Part shown: one piece after another, positions 1-11,389 of the stretch | Position numbering within the stretch: the stretch's first letter is position 1 | How the letters are laid out: every line of letters starts with the position of its first letter | Assembly: GCF_018336915.1 (NCBI RefSeq) | Contig: NZ_CP064923.1 | Location: forward strand, 120,001 to 152,000 | Reading direction: 5' to 3' | DNA from: Acaryochloris marina S15 | GTDB taxonomy: Bacteria > Cyanobacteriota > Cyanobacteriia > Thermosynechococcales > Thermosynechococcaceae | DNA length: 32,000 nt | Made by a program: the position numbers and the translations under genes | The notes under the pieces: model-generated | What the model was told of the DNA's origin: nothing | Database searches by the model: none | The model's input: the letters and a program-made list of their open reading frames with translations, nothing else

Positions 1-2235
<2,235 letters not shown>

Positions 2236-2274
2236 GCAACCTCTCATTTATGGGTGAGTTAACTCACTCAGTTT

Positions 2275-2310
2275 CTTCAGCACCTTTCCCTTGACGGAAA
2301 GGTGCTGAAG
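2275..2310 (+). terminator. Perfect 15-bp stem / 6-nt loop hairpin downstream of the RTX gene; a 14-bp palindrome sits at 2254-2267
   Basis: cttcagcacctttcc-cttgac-ggaaaggtgctgaag at 2275-2310, 40 nt after the stop codon. gtgagttaactcac at 2254-2267 is a perfect palindrome. There is no clear trailing U-tract, so the terminator type is uncertain. Confidence 0.55.
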
Positions 2311-2472
2311 ACTACTAAGACCTGTTGATAGCAAACGTTAAGTTAATGATGAAACCATCAGACATTATCCATGTCATTATTTCGGATTTATCAGATTTTT
2401 AGCGGATAATACTCCAATAAATGGGTTTATAATCCACTATCCGTCTTATTAATAGTTCTGTGGGCAGAATGC

Positions 2473-3231
2473 ATGAACAAGAATTCTGACGAAACACAGT
2501 TGTTTTGGAATCGTGTTGCCGCCGACTGGGATAGGCAAGTGGGTGATGATGGGGATGGCAATCGCATCCTCAATTCCGACCCTGTTCTCTGGCAGTTTGC
2601 AGGCGATGTGTCTGGTGCCTCGATTCTCGACGCGGGTTGTGGAACGGGCTATCTTTCACGCAAACTGCATGAATGTGGTGCCCGTGTTGTGGGTATCGAC
2701 TTTTCAGAAGAGATGCTCCGGATTGCCCGCTCGAAGGCGGCCCACATCGACTTCCGCATGGACTCCTGTTCGACACTACATACAGTGGCTGATGGATCGT
2801 TTGATATCGTCATTTCGAACTATGTCTTGATGGATACCCCGGACCTTACCGAAACTGTGGAAGCTTTTTTCCGAGTGCTGCAGCCCGGAGGGCATGTGGT
2901 GGTTGTTTTCTCCCATCCCTGCTTTCCTCAAGAGTACGTCACAGCGACAGATAATGACGTCGCCGTTACCTACCAGTGGAATTTTCCATATTTCCAGCAG
3001 CAGAAGTGTATTGAACCGCCTTGGGGGCACTTCACGTCAGAATTCATCTGGTTTCATCGGCCACTTTCCGATTACTGGAAAGCATTCCGAAAAGCGGGGT
3101 TTGAAGTCGTGGATTTCGAAGAGCCTAGGTTATCAGAGGAGCGATACCATCTGGCCAAAAATCAGAGGCAACTGAACAATGGCAAGCACCGGCCTTATTC
3201 TGTGGCGTTCAAACTGAAGAAGAGAAGGTAG
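2473..3231 (+). CDS. Class I SAM-dependent methyltransferase (Methyltransf_11/25-like), substrate unknown
   Basis: 252 aa, ATG at 2473. Contains SAM motif I ILDAGCGTGYLS, the acidic loop VVGIDFSEEM, and DIVISNYVLMD. Confidence 0.75.
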   Translation: MNKNSDETQLFWNRVAADWDRQVGDDGDGNRILNSDPVLWQFAGDVSGASILDAGCGTGYLSRKLHECGARVVGIDFSEEMLRIARSKAAHIDFRMDSCSTLHTVADGSFDIVISNYVLMDTPDLTETVEAFFRVLQPGGHVVVVFSHPCFPQEYVTATDNDVAVTYQWNFPYFQQQKCIEPPWGHFTSEFIWFHRPLSDYWKAFRKAGFEVVDFEEPRLSEERYHLAKNQRQLNNGKHRPYSVAFKLKKRR

Positions 3232-3339
3232 CAGAACAAATCACTGCAGCAAATATCCTGGCGTTGGCCGCTGAGCTTAAGCATTTTTCGTACCTTAAAA
3301 CTTATAAGCGGTCTTCATTCATCAGTTTCTTTTAATTTA

Positions 3340-3360
3340 AATGATAATATCTCTCATTAA
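3340..3360. promoter_or_regulatory. Fur-box-like AT-rich motif upstream of the phosphatase-like lipoprotein gene
   Basis: AATGATAATATCTCTCATTAA lies 38-58 nt upstream of ATG 3398. It resembles the classical Fur box GATAATGATAATCATTATC and the motif copies at 4431 and 14012. Confidence 0.35.
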
Positions 3361-3397
3361 GTGGAGATAAGAATTTCTTGTAAAAATAACCAAACCT

Positions 3398-4144
3398 ATG
3401 ACACAACCAAACCAAGCCATTAAGCTAATGATGGCCCTTGGGCTAACTGCTACGTTGGCTGCCTGTGGAGGTGAGACTGCAACGAATGGAGATACTACCA
3501 GCCCTAACGCCGAGAATTCACCGACCATAGAATCTCCAGAGGGAGGGGAAGAGGGGAAAGAGTATAGCGAAGGCGAACAAGCGAATGCAGATTTTAAGGA
3601 TAAATTGAGCGGCCCTGAACTCTTGAGTGCGTTGCAAGAGGGGGGACATGTGATCTACTTCCGCCATGCCCAGACTGAGAAAGACTATGCTGACCAAGCG
3701 GATCCGAAGATGAAGCTTGATGACTGTGAAACCCAGCGGAAGCTCAATGACGTGGGCATTCAACAGTCCAAAGATATTGGTGCTGCCTTTACTGAGAAGA
3801 AGATTCCAGTGGATAAGGTTATTACGAGCGAGTATTGCCGAGCCTGGAAAACGGCAGATCTGGCATTTGGACAGCATGAGAAGAACCCTAAGCTGAACTT
3901 CTTGCCCTTTGAAGATTATACGGATGAGCAAGTTGAGGAAATGAAGGCCAATGTGATGCCGTTACTGACGGTTGCTCCAGCAAGCGGCAAAAATACGGTG
4001 CTTGTCGGCCATGATGATATTTTTGAGGCTGCGACGGGCATTTATCCTGATCCGCAGGGTATGGCCTATGTGTTGACGCCAGATGGGAATGGCGGTTTTA
4101 CGCTACAAGCCAACCTATTACCTGATGAGTGGGCAAAACTCTAA
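3398..4144 (+). CDS. Lipoprotein of the histidine phosphatase (phosphoglycerate mutase-like) superfamily
   Basis: 248 aa. Signal peptide with lipobox LAAC (MALGLTATLAACGG), then an acidic low-complexity linker. VIYFRHAQTE carries the RHx catalytic motif and VLVGHDDIF the second catalytic His. Confidence 0.55.
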   Translation: MTQPNQAIKLMMALGLTATLAACGGETATNGDTTSPNAENSPTIESPEGGEEGKEYSEGEQANADFKDKLSGPELLSALQEGGHVIYFRHAQTEKDYADQADPKMKLDDCETQRKLNDVGIQQSKDIGAAFTEKKIPVDKVITSEYCRAWKTADLAFGQHEKNPKLNFLPFEDYTDEQVEEMKANVMPLLTVAPASGKNTVLVGHDDIFEAATGIYPDPQGMAYVLTPDGNGGFTLQANLLPDEWAKL

Positions 4145-4430
4145 ACCCATCGGTATGAGGACCACTGTTTTTAGGGGCGATGGTGGTTCTCACGGGTTAC
4201 TGGATATGCGATCGCACGAATGTCTCGCCCCTCAGTATCGGATTACGCTCAATCTGATGGGGTGGGTATGCCCAATCTTCGCTTCATTTTTCCCTCACCC
4301 CCAGCTATGCGATACCTTAAGTCTCAACCTCTGACTCTCTCGGTTTTACAAGCCCATCCGCCTTGAAACAGGGAAGATAGACTGTATCAAGTTTAGTGGC
4401 GTATCAGACGGAAATAATAGTTTAGATAAG

Positions 4431-4453
4431 TGAGAATAAATATCAATTATTAT
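4431..4453. promoter_or_regulatory. Fur-box-like motif upstream of AraC regulator 1
   Basis: The reverse complement reads ATAATAATTGATATTTATTCTCA, 32-54 nt upstream of ATG 4485. The core TGATAttTATTCTCA nearly matches TGATAaaTATTCTCA at 14014-14028. Confidence 0.45.
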
Positions 4454-4484
4454 AGGCCCATTCTCCCAGCCGATCACTGACGCC

Positions 4485-5510
4485 ATGCTAACCACCATCA
4501 GGGATATAGAGCTACAAACCCTATTTGCAGAAGCCCAACATAACGGGGAATCTATCTTTGAGCAAACAGGCTCTGATCTACTGATCTGCCCGCCGAGTCA
4601 GGTCGGCAGTGGACGACATCAGCTCATCCCCCTCCGGGAGGGAGTGATCCTGAAAATTGCAGATGGACGTTTCCACCAGACTACGACGATAGAAAGCCAC
4701 CGAGGACCTGACGAACCCCTAGTCTCTAAATTTTGTTTGTCCAGCCGCTTTCGAGTGCAGACTCCCCATACAAGCGGTATTCCAGAAGACTATACAGAAT
4801 CAGCAGGGCATCACTATTTATGTTCTCTGTCTGATGTTATTGAGTTTGAAACCTTCCAGGGAGAAGAGCGATTTCAGGTTGTGGCATTCGAATGGAGCCA
4901 GGACTATGTACGGTCTTTTACCTCTACCTCAGACGGCCTGTCTCAACCCTTCCAGATGCTGACTGAGCAGCAGACCCTGCGAAGGTTCCACCAGCCCCTA
5001 GGCAAAACAACGCCTGCTATGGCCCAGATTATTCAGCAGGTTTTGGGCTGTCCCTACCAAGGGATGGTCAAGACAATGTATCTGGAGAGTAAGGCATTAG
5101 AACTCTTGACCTTGCAGTTGACCACTTGGAGTGAAAACCAGCATCAAACCAAGATGAATCACCTGCTGCCCGATGATCTAGAGCGGATTCAACAGGCCTC
5201 CCATGTACTGAACCAGAACCTGAATGCGCCCCCTTCACTGATGGCCTTAGCCCGGCAGGTGGGGCTCAATGATTACAAGCTCAAACTGGGGTTTAGACAA
5301 CAGTTTGGCACCACTGTTTTTGGGTATTCTCAAGCCAAACGACTCCAACATGCTCGGCAACTGCTGGCCGCACAGGATCTAAGCATTCCGGGAGTGGCTC
5401 AATCTGTGGGATATGCTAGCCCCACCTCCTTTACGGCAGCTTTTAAACGACGCTTTGGCCTGAGTCCCAAAGCCTTCCAAATGGCCTGTCGGGGAAAAAA
5501 TCCTGTTTGA
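4485..5510 (+). CDS. AraC/XylS-family transcriptional regulator (PchR-like, siderophore-responsive type), paralog 1
   Basis: 341 aa. The C-terminal double HTH reads LARQVGLNDYKLKLGFRQQFGTTVFGY...VAQSVGYASPTSFTAAFKRRFGLSPKAF. It sits directly upstream of a TonB-dependent transporter and is a paralog of the ORF at 26492-27493. Confidence 0.85.
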   Translation: MLTTIRDIELQTLFAEAQHNGESIFEQTGSDLLICPPSQVGSGRHQLIPLREGVILKIADGRFHQTTTIESHRGPDEPLVSKFCLSSRFRVQTPHTSGIPEDYTESAGHHYLCSLSDVIEFETFQGEERFQVVAFEWSQDYVRSFTSTSDGLSQPFQMLTEQQTLRRFHQPLGKTTPAMAQIIQQVLGCPYQGMVKTMYLESKALELLTLQLTTWSENQHQTKMNHLLPDDLERIQQASHVLNQNLNAPPSLMALARQVGLNDYKLKLGFRQQFGTTVFGYSQAKRLQHARQLLAAQDLSIPGVAQSVGYASPTSFTAAFKRRFGLSPKAFQMACRGKNPV

Positions 5511-5536
5511 AGAGAAAAGAATCCTGTTTGAAGAGA
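5495..5536 (+). promoter_or_regulatory. Two tandem 21-bp direct repeats (candidate AraC-type operator) between AraC1 and TBDT1
   Basis: AAAAAATCCTGTTTGAAGAGA (5495-5515) and AAAGAATCCTGTTTGAAGAGA (5516-5536). A 20-nt core is identical with a period of exactly 21 bp. The first copy contains the AraC1 stop codon (5508-5510). The repeats end 96 nt before ATG 5633. Confidence 0.5.
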
Positions 5537-5632
5537 AAAAGCTGACGATCCGCTCATATTATGCCCACAGACTCATTTATTGAGATCAGTTCTTAATAAA
5601 TACTGACTGAGATGACGGTGTGAGGGTATTGA

Positions 5633-8179
5633 ATGCAAGGCAGAAGCTATCAAAGATCTCTGATGGGGAGCAGTTTGGCTGTACTGCTTATGGGGCCGTC
5701 TGTTTGGGCTGTGCCAGCCGCAGAGCCAGAAGGAAGAATGGACAGTGCAAAGTCCGTTTCTACTTTGCGATGGCCAAAGGCCGGTCGGAGACCATCGCAA
5801 CCCAGCACGACCGTTAAAGACTGGCTGGCCCAGGCCCTCGCTCAAATTACGGATATCCAGATAAATGAAACTGCAGAGGGGATTGAACTGGTTTTAGTCG
5901 CCACGAATGCTGACCTTGCTGAGGTTTCAACCACTCGGTCTAGCGATAGCCTGATCATCACCATTGATAATGCACAGTTGGTAGAGAACACCCTGCAAGC
6001 AAATCCTGCCGAGGGGATGGATGAGATTACCCTGCAATCCCTAGATAATAATCGAGTCCAACTCACCCTGGTCACCACGGCTGAAACAGCCCAAGTTTCT
6101 ACCAAGCCTGACGGTTTAACCGTGTTGGTTAATACGGTAGCCGAGCAACCGACAGATTCTGCACCAGCTCGTGAACCAGCAGCTAGCGCTGAAGAGGACG
6201 AGCTAGAAATTGTGGTCACGGCGGAAAAGACCCCCGAAAATGTTCAAAACGTGCCCCTAAGCCTAACGGTATTGACCGAGAAAGAAATTGAAGATGCGGA
6301 CATTACCTCTTTTGAAGACATTGCCGAAAATACCCCCAACTTCAGTCTTTTTAGCGGCGATGGTGCCAATAGTCCCTTCTATTCCATTCGGGGTTTAGGC
6401 AACTCCAACTTTCTCTCCCGGGATGCAGTGGCCTTTTATATTGACGATGTCCCCTACGATCGCATTGGCTTTATTACCACCGATCTACCGGATATTGCCC
6501 AGGTTGAAGTGCTGCGAGGACCGCAAAGCACCCTCTATGGCCGGAATTCCCTCTCTGGTGTAGTCAATATCAAAACTCGCCAACCGACGAACGAGGTTGA
6601 AGTGAATGGAACTGCCAGCTACGGGAATTTTGATGCCGTCAACCTCCGGGCAGGCGTCAGTGGCCCCCTCGTCAAAGATGAGCTGTTCTTTCGCCTATCG
6701 GGTAACTTTCTGTCACGGGATGGATATATCAACAACACCTTTTTAGATAATGATGTCGATGAGCAAAGAAATCTAAACGGTCGGGCCAAACTGCTGTGGA
6801 CACCTGCAGATGAATGGGAGATCTCATTAAATGCCTCGATTGAAGATCTCGATAGCGGCACCAATCTAGTGGTCATTGATGACTTCAATCCGGCTAATGC
6901 CTTTGAGATTGAATCAGATGTCAATAATTCCTTTAAACGGAACACCAATACCCAAGCCCTCAAAATTGCCTATACCCATCCTCAGTTCAGGGCCACTTCC
7001 ATTACCAGCCGTCGATTTTCTAAGAGCCAACAACGTTCGGATGCAGATGGTAGCCCGCTCAACTTGATTGTAAATACCAATGACTTTGCAGCAACGGTTT
7101 GGAGTCAAGAAATTCGTTTCCAATCCCCTGAAGAGGCTGAGACGTTGGAATGGTTGGTGGGGGGATATTTTGAATCCAGCCAGTTCTCTAATCAAAACGA
7201 TGGTTTTACCTTTGGTGCCGATGCAGGTGCGGTTGGATTTCCAGTGGGGACAAACCTCAGAAGTGGAGAATTGGATGAAACTATCTTGGCGGCCTTTGCC
7301 CAAGTTAGCTATCGTCCCGCTCCACCGTTAACCCTGACTGCAGGATTACGATTTGAATCCTTTAACAGCACCCTCCAAAACCTAGACACCGTTTTCACCC
7401 CTCCCGGCGGTCCTAGCTTCACCACGTTTTCCGCCCGTGATGTCCAGCAAGATACCGATATCTTGCTCCCTCGCCTTGTGGCCGAATATCGTTTCAATCC
7501 TGATCTGATGATCTATGGCAGCGTTACCCGAGGATACCGACCGGGGGGCGTCAACTTTCGCGGCGATGCCACAACCCTAACCTTTAATGCTGAAAAATCC
7601 TGGAATTATGAAATCGGACTGAAATCATCTTGGCTTGACGATCGCTTAAAGGTGAATTTAGCGCTCTTCCATAATGACGTGAATGACTATCAAGTGCTGG
7701 TAACCGATAATTTGGCGGTAGGCCGGATCGACAATGCAGAAGTGAATATCACAGGCGGTGAGCTAGAACTGAGAGCTACGCCTATGGATGGCTTGGATAT
7801 TATTGCGGGCCTGGGTATTTCGGATGCGAAATTCACCGAATTTGGCAATTTTGATGGCAATCGCGTGCCCTTTGCACCGAGTTTCACCTACAATGTCGCC
7901 CTCCAATATCGGGCACCCATGGGCCTCTTTGCCCGCATAGCGCTACAAGGTTTAGGAACAACCAATTTCACTGAGGATAACACCCTCAAACAAAATCCCT
8001 ATGCAACGGTCAATCTGCGACTGGGGTATGAGTTTGATCAAACCGGTATTTATGTATTCGCCAACAATATTTTTGATACGGGGTACTTTGCCCAAGGCTT
8101 TGATTTTGCCCCCATCGGCTTTCTGGTGACTCCTGGTGCGCCCGCAACTTTTGGAGTTCAAGTGACCACTCGATTTTGA
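5633..8179 (+). CDS. TonB-dependent siderophore transporter (TBDT1) with an N-terminal extension domain
   Basis: 848 aa. Signal peptide MGSSLAVLLMGPSVWAVPA, TonB box ELEIVVTAEK, plug motifs FYSIRGLGNSN and VEVLRGPQSTLYGRNSLSGVVNIKT, and a beta-barrel ending ...TFGVQVTTRF with a terminal Phe. Confidence 0.9.
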   Translation: MQGRSYQRSLMGSSLAVLLMGPSVWAVPAAEPEGRMDSAKSVSTLRWPKAGRRPSQPSTTVKDWLAQALAQITDIQINETAEGIELVLVATNADLAEVSTTRSSDSLIITIDNAQLVENTLQANPAEGMDEITLQSLDNNRVQLTLVTTAETAQVSTKPDGLTVLVNTVAEQPTDSAPAREPAASAEEDELEIVVTAEKTPENVQNVPLSLTVLTEKEIEDADITSFEDIAENTPNFSLFSGDGANSPFYSIRGLGNSNFLSRDAVAFYIDDVPYDRIGFITTDLPDIAQVEVLRGPQSTLYGRNSLSGVVNIKTRQPTNEVEVNGTASYGNFDAVNLRAGVSGPLVKDELFFRLSGNFLSRDGYINNTFLDNDVDEQRNLNGRAKLLWTPADEWEISLNASIEDLDSGTNLVVIDDFNPANAFEIESDVNNSFKRNTNTQALKIAYTHPQFRATSITSRRFSKSQQRSDADGSPLNLIVNTNDFAATVWSQEIRFQSPEEAETLEWLVGGYFESSQFSNQNDGFTFGADAGAVGFPVGTNLRSGELDETILAAFAQVSYRPAPPLTLTAGLRFESFNSTLQNLDTVFTPPGGPSFTTFSARDVQQDTDILLPRLVAEYRFNPDLMIYGSVTRGYRPGGVNFRGDATTLTFNAEKSWNYEIGLKSSWLDDRLKVNLALFHNDVNDYQVLVTDNLAVGRIDNAEVNITGGELELRATPMDGLDIIAGLGISDAKFTEFGNFDGNRVPFAPSFTYNVALQYRAPMGLFARIALQGLGTTNFTEDNTLKQNPYATVNLRLGYEFDQTGIYVFANNIFDTGYFAQGFDFAPIGFLVTPGAPATFGVQVTTRF

Positions 8180-8219
8180 ACCTGAGATTGATTTCATTTG
8201 TAAGGGATAGGGAAAAACA

Positions 8220-8801
8220 ATGAAGCTAAAACAATGGTTTGCCACTTGGTCTCGCAAAATCCACCGCTGGGTGGGTCTGTACTTTGCCCTGATTGTTGTC
8301 CTGTACATCGCTGAAGCAGTGGCGTTGCCAGCCATCTATGGCGAAGGCTTACCGAAGGTCGATGGTAGCCCTCCGATTTATACCGTAACTAGTACAGCGC
8401 CGTTACTCTCGCAACAGCAAGCCCGTCAGCGATTAATAGAGCAACATCCTCCAGGCATTCATGCCCTGGAAGATATCAACGAAATTACCTACTTGCCCCA
8501 GGCAGATCTCTATCGGTTGGCCAATAGCGATCGCTACTTTGAGTGGTATCTCGATAGCCATACCGGAGACTTGCTCAAGTATGGTTTCAAACTGACGCCA
8601 TATCTGGAGGAGCAAACCCTGCTCGGCTGGTGGAGTCCCTGGGCCCATGCCATTTTGGAAGTACCGGGCCTGTTATTGATGGTGGTGTTAGCCGTTAGTG
8701 GCGTGTATATGTTTATGCTTCCGTTCTTGCCTAAATCGGAGGCTATGGGATCTGAATCTATTGATATTGCCGAAGTAGCGGTATCGAAAGGAGATCGCTA
8801 A
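8220..8801 (+). CDS. PepSY domain-containing membrane protein (short PiuB/PepSY_TM-like)
   Basis: 193 aa. The N-terminal PepSY-TM signature is WSRKIHRWVGLYFALIVVLY. The central PepSY-like segment reads ...ITYLPQADLYRLANSDRYFEWYLDSHTGDLL. There is a C-terminal TM helix. It is 40 nt downstream of TBDT1. Confidence 0.6.
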   Translation: MKLKQWFATWSRKIHRWVGLYFALIVVLYIAEAVALPAIYGEGLPKVDGSPPIYTVTSTAPLLSQQQARQRLIEQHPPGIHALEDINEITYLPQADLYRLANSDRYFEWYLDSHTGDLLKYGFKLTPYLEEQTLLGWWSPWAHAILEVPGLLLMVVLAVSGVYMFMLPFLPKSEAMGSESIDIAEVAVSKGDR

Positions 8802-8870
8802 AGGGCATTAGGAAGACAACGCTCCAAGGCATTCAGGTTTTCAACTGCACACTCCATTTATCAATATCTA

Positions 8871-9557
8871 ATGAGTGATCAGAATATCGTTCTAGGTGAC
8901 CCAAAAGTTGAAGCGGTCCTGGAACGCCTACACCATGCAGCCGATCGACAAATCCTGCAGCTGGTTCTGCATTATCTGCCTCAGCTCCCCAGACTATTAC
9001 TGGGGCAAGGCATTCACTGGAATCCTGCTCGGACCCATTTCTATCGAGATAAATACATTCCGATAGAGCGTGATCAAGGCCAATTACTCTATTTGTTAGC
9101 TCGGGCCATCAATGCCCAAACAATTGTGGAATTTGGCACCTCTTATGGTGTTTCCACCCTCTATTTAGCTGCAGCGATCCGAGATAATGGCCAGGGCAAA
9201 GTGATTGGTACTGAAATCATCCCGGAGAAAGTGATCCAAGCCCGAAAGTATATTGCAGAGGCGGGTCTTGCAGAGTTTGTAGATTTGCGGGAAGGGGATG
9301 CATTAAAAACCTTGCAGGATATCGACGGCCCCATAGATTTGGTGTTGATGGATGGGTATCCACATCTGGCTTTGGATATTTTAAGGTTGTTGCACCCTCA
9401 GATTCGACCGGGTGGCCTGGTTATTTCCGATAATGTGGGGACTTTCAAAACGGCTCTAAACCCCTACGTCGAGTTTTTACAAGCTCCCATCAATGGCTAT
9501 CGTTCTTCAACCTTGGCGTTAAAGGGGGGAACTGAGTTGTCGATCAAGGTTGGTTAG
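8871..9557 (+). CDS. Class I O-methyltransferase (family 3 / catechol or caffeoyl-CoA OMT-like)
   Basis: 228 aa with IVEFGTSYGVSTLYLAAA, VIGTEIIPEK and DLVLMDGYP. The stop TAG at 9555-9557 lies inside the 9-bp IS target duplication. Confidence 0.6.
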   Translation: MSDQNIVLGDPKVEAVLERLHHAADRQILQLVLHYLPQLPRLLLGQGIHWNPARTHFYRDKYIPIERDQGQLLYLLARAINAQTIVEFGTSYGVSTLYLAAAIRDNGQGKVIGTEIIPEKVIQARKYIAEAGLAEFVDLREGDALKTLQDIDGPIDLVLMDGYPHLALDILRLLHPQIRPGGLVISDNVGTFKTALNPYVEFLQAPINGYRSSTLALKGGTELSIKVG

Positions 9558-11043
9558 GGGCGTATTTAGCGGATCGGGGATGCCTTAGTTTTCGGAATGG
9601 TCACCTCTGGGAATAAGGAGTCAAACCGTTCATTGACCCAGGCAATTCTCAAGATCAGTAAATGGTTGAAACCATCCTCACTCCAGCGCATGCCAACTCC
9701 CTTAAAGCGCTGCTGAATCAACCACTTGCATGCACTTTCAACCATTCCTGACCCGAGAGGAATCTGTTGCTGTTCAAAGTGCCGATAACGGATGTGGTGA
9801 TGATGGCGTTGGAAATAAGCCTGCACCTGGAGCAACGTTGAAAAAGACTTTCCCGTTAACAGTTGTGAGTGAATCAATATCGTCAAGGACCGTAATACAA
9901 GTAGGTGTTGCCCGTGTCGCAATTGGTGTCGCCAGTGCCGGAACCAGGCTTGGGCTTGAGCAGAGCGGGCATCTCCAAACATCGCTTTAGTTGCTCGTGC
10001 CAGATGGCCTGCTGAATGAAAAAAGTCGAGGACTGCCACAGCACAATGAGAGAACAAGGTGCGATAGACTCGCCAGAAGCCTCGTCCCCCATCACTGAGC
10101 CAGATGACTTTTGGAGCAGATTCAAAGTCTTGTTTGTGAGCTTCGAGTTGAAGTAAAGGGATGAACTGGTCGATATCGCCCAATACTGCCACCAGTCTTC
10201 GACGCAGTAATTGGGGGACCTCCTTTTTAGCTCGGGTAACCCGTGTTCCCAGGCGAGCTAAGATGGCGACTTTGACTTCTCGCCACTGGATTTTTCCCTT
10301 GGGTGAGTTCGGGGTGGGGCGAAAGGGGACCATCACACCATCGGCGGCAATGGCCAAAGGTAGAGCAGATAACATCTCTGAAATCGCTTCACAAGGGGCC
10401 TGAGTCCCTGATGATTGAGCGTTGAGTTGAGCTTCTAATTCCTGCTGAGCTTTGTTACCCACGGATTGCACCCAGTTCCACAAACTGGATGGACTCACGG
10501 ATAGACCACTCCACTGACCCAGCATCCAACTGGCCAGTTCATAGGGCATGAACAGACTCAACAAGCAGCCCAGACGCACCAGTTCTTCGCTGCTGTGCTG
10601 ATAGGGGGCAATCCCAATGGCTTGATCCAGGGGAGTCAACAGACTGCCTGGACATCCTTTGGGACAACGGCCCACCCGTCGCTTTCAAGAGATAGTGCCT
10701 ACCAGTGTCTGCATCTGACGAGATTCCCATCCCTTCGAATGTAAGCGGGTTCCGCAGGTAGTACATACAGGCCATACAAATACTGCTTTCGCGCGCCTTG
10801 AGAGTTCATCCTCCAGAAGACAGCGAGCTAGAAACAAGCCCATTTGCAGAACGATATAAACCATCTGACTCAGGCTGGTTGATACTTTGAGTGCTTCAGT
10901 TTGTTCTAGAAATTCGTCATGGGCTAGCACGGTTAGCAATTGCGATGGTAGGGTCATGATAGTTTTTTGGTTCGGGTACAGGATCTATTGTCCTTGACCC
11001 GTTTTTCTTTGAGCCATGCATCCCCGATCCTTTGCTTACGCCC
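9558..11043 (-). mobile_element. 1486-bp insertion sequence with 26-bp imperfect terminal inverted repeats and a 9-bp target-site duplication (family uncertain, possibly ISKra4-like)
   Basis: Left end GGGCGTAtttagcgGATCGGGGATGC (9558-9583). The reverse complement of 11018-11043 is GGGCGTAagcaaagGATCGGGGATGC. The direct repeat GTTGGTTAG sits at 9549-9557 and 11044-11052. Confidence 0.8.
9566..10957 (-). pseudogene. IS transposase interrupted by a single in-frame TGA (10685-10687)
   Basis: ORFs 10685-10957 and 9566-10675 share one frame (10687-10675 = 12 nt). The read-through text is ...CTTCGTRLHSKGWESRQMQTLVGTIS*KRRVGRCPKGCPGS..., so the stop falls between two Cys pairs of a zinc-ribbon-like motif. 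The conceptual product is about 460 aa. The family guess comes from memory only. Confidence 0.6.
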
Positions 11044-11389
11044 GTTGGTTAGAGATATCCGAACAAGCACTATTTTGCTGGAGATAGGTTGTGGTCAGCC
11101 TTACTGACTCATAATTTTGAACCTAACTCCCCTCGAGAAAACAAGCCAGTTCAAAACTAGGCTAGGTTTGATTCGCATATATCACGACAAATGAGATCTG
11201 CCACAACAGCATTTTTTAGCATCATGATGTTCAGTATTTTTTCTATTTTTATAAATCTTAATTATTGAATCTTGCTGAATGAGAAACATATTTTTTGATA
11301 TTTAAAAATAAGGTTTTTGCCATAAACTATTGACAGTTTGACTAAATAATATGCTGTAAAACAAAAAGAGTGAGAGTTGAGATAAAAGT

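Noticed and set aside
4083-4334. An 83-aa plus-strand ORF overlapping the end of the phosphatase-like gene
   Set aside because: It overlaps a better-supported CDS, has odd composition (Cys/Trp/Met-rich) and no start context, and contains a HIP1 site typical of intergenic or neutral sequence.
4422-4435. Exact 14-mer TTAGATAAGTGAGA shared with 14078-14091, as a possible regulator site
   Set aside because: In 32 kb on both strands, roughly 1e9 position pairs against 4^14 (about 2.7e8) sequences predicts a few exact 14-mer matches by chance. The flanks do not match, and the second copy lies downstream of a gene.
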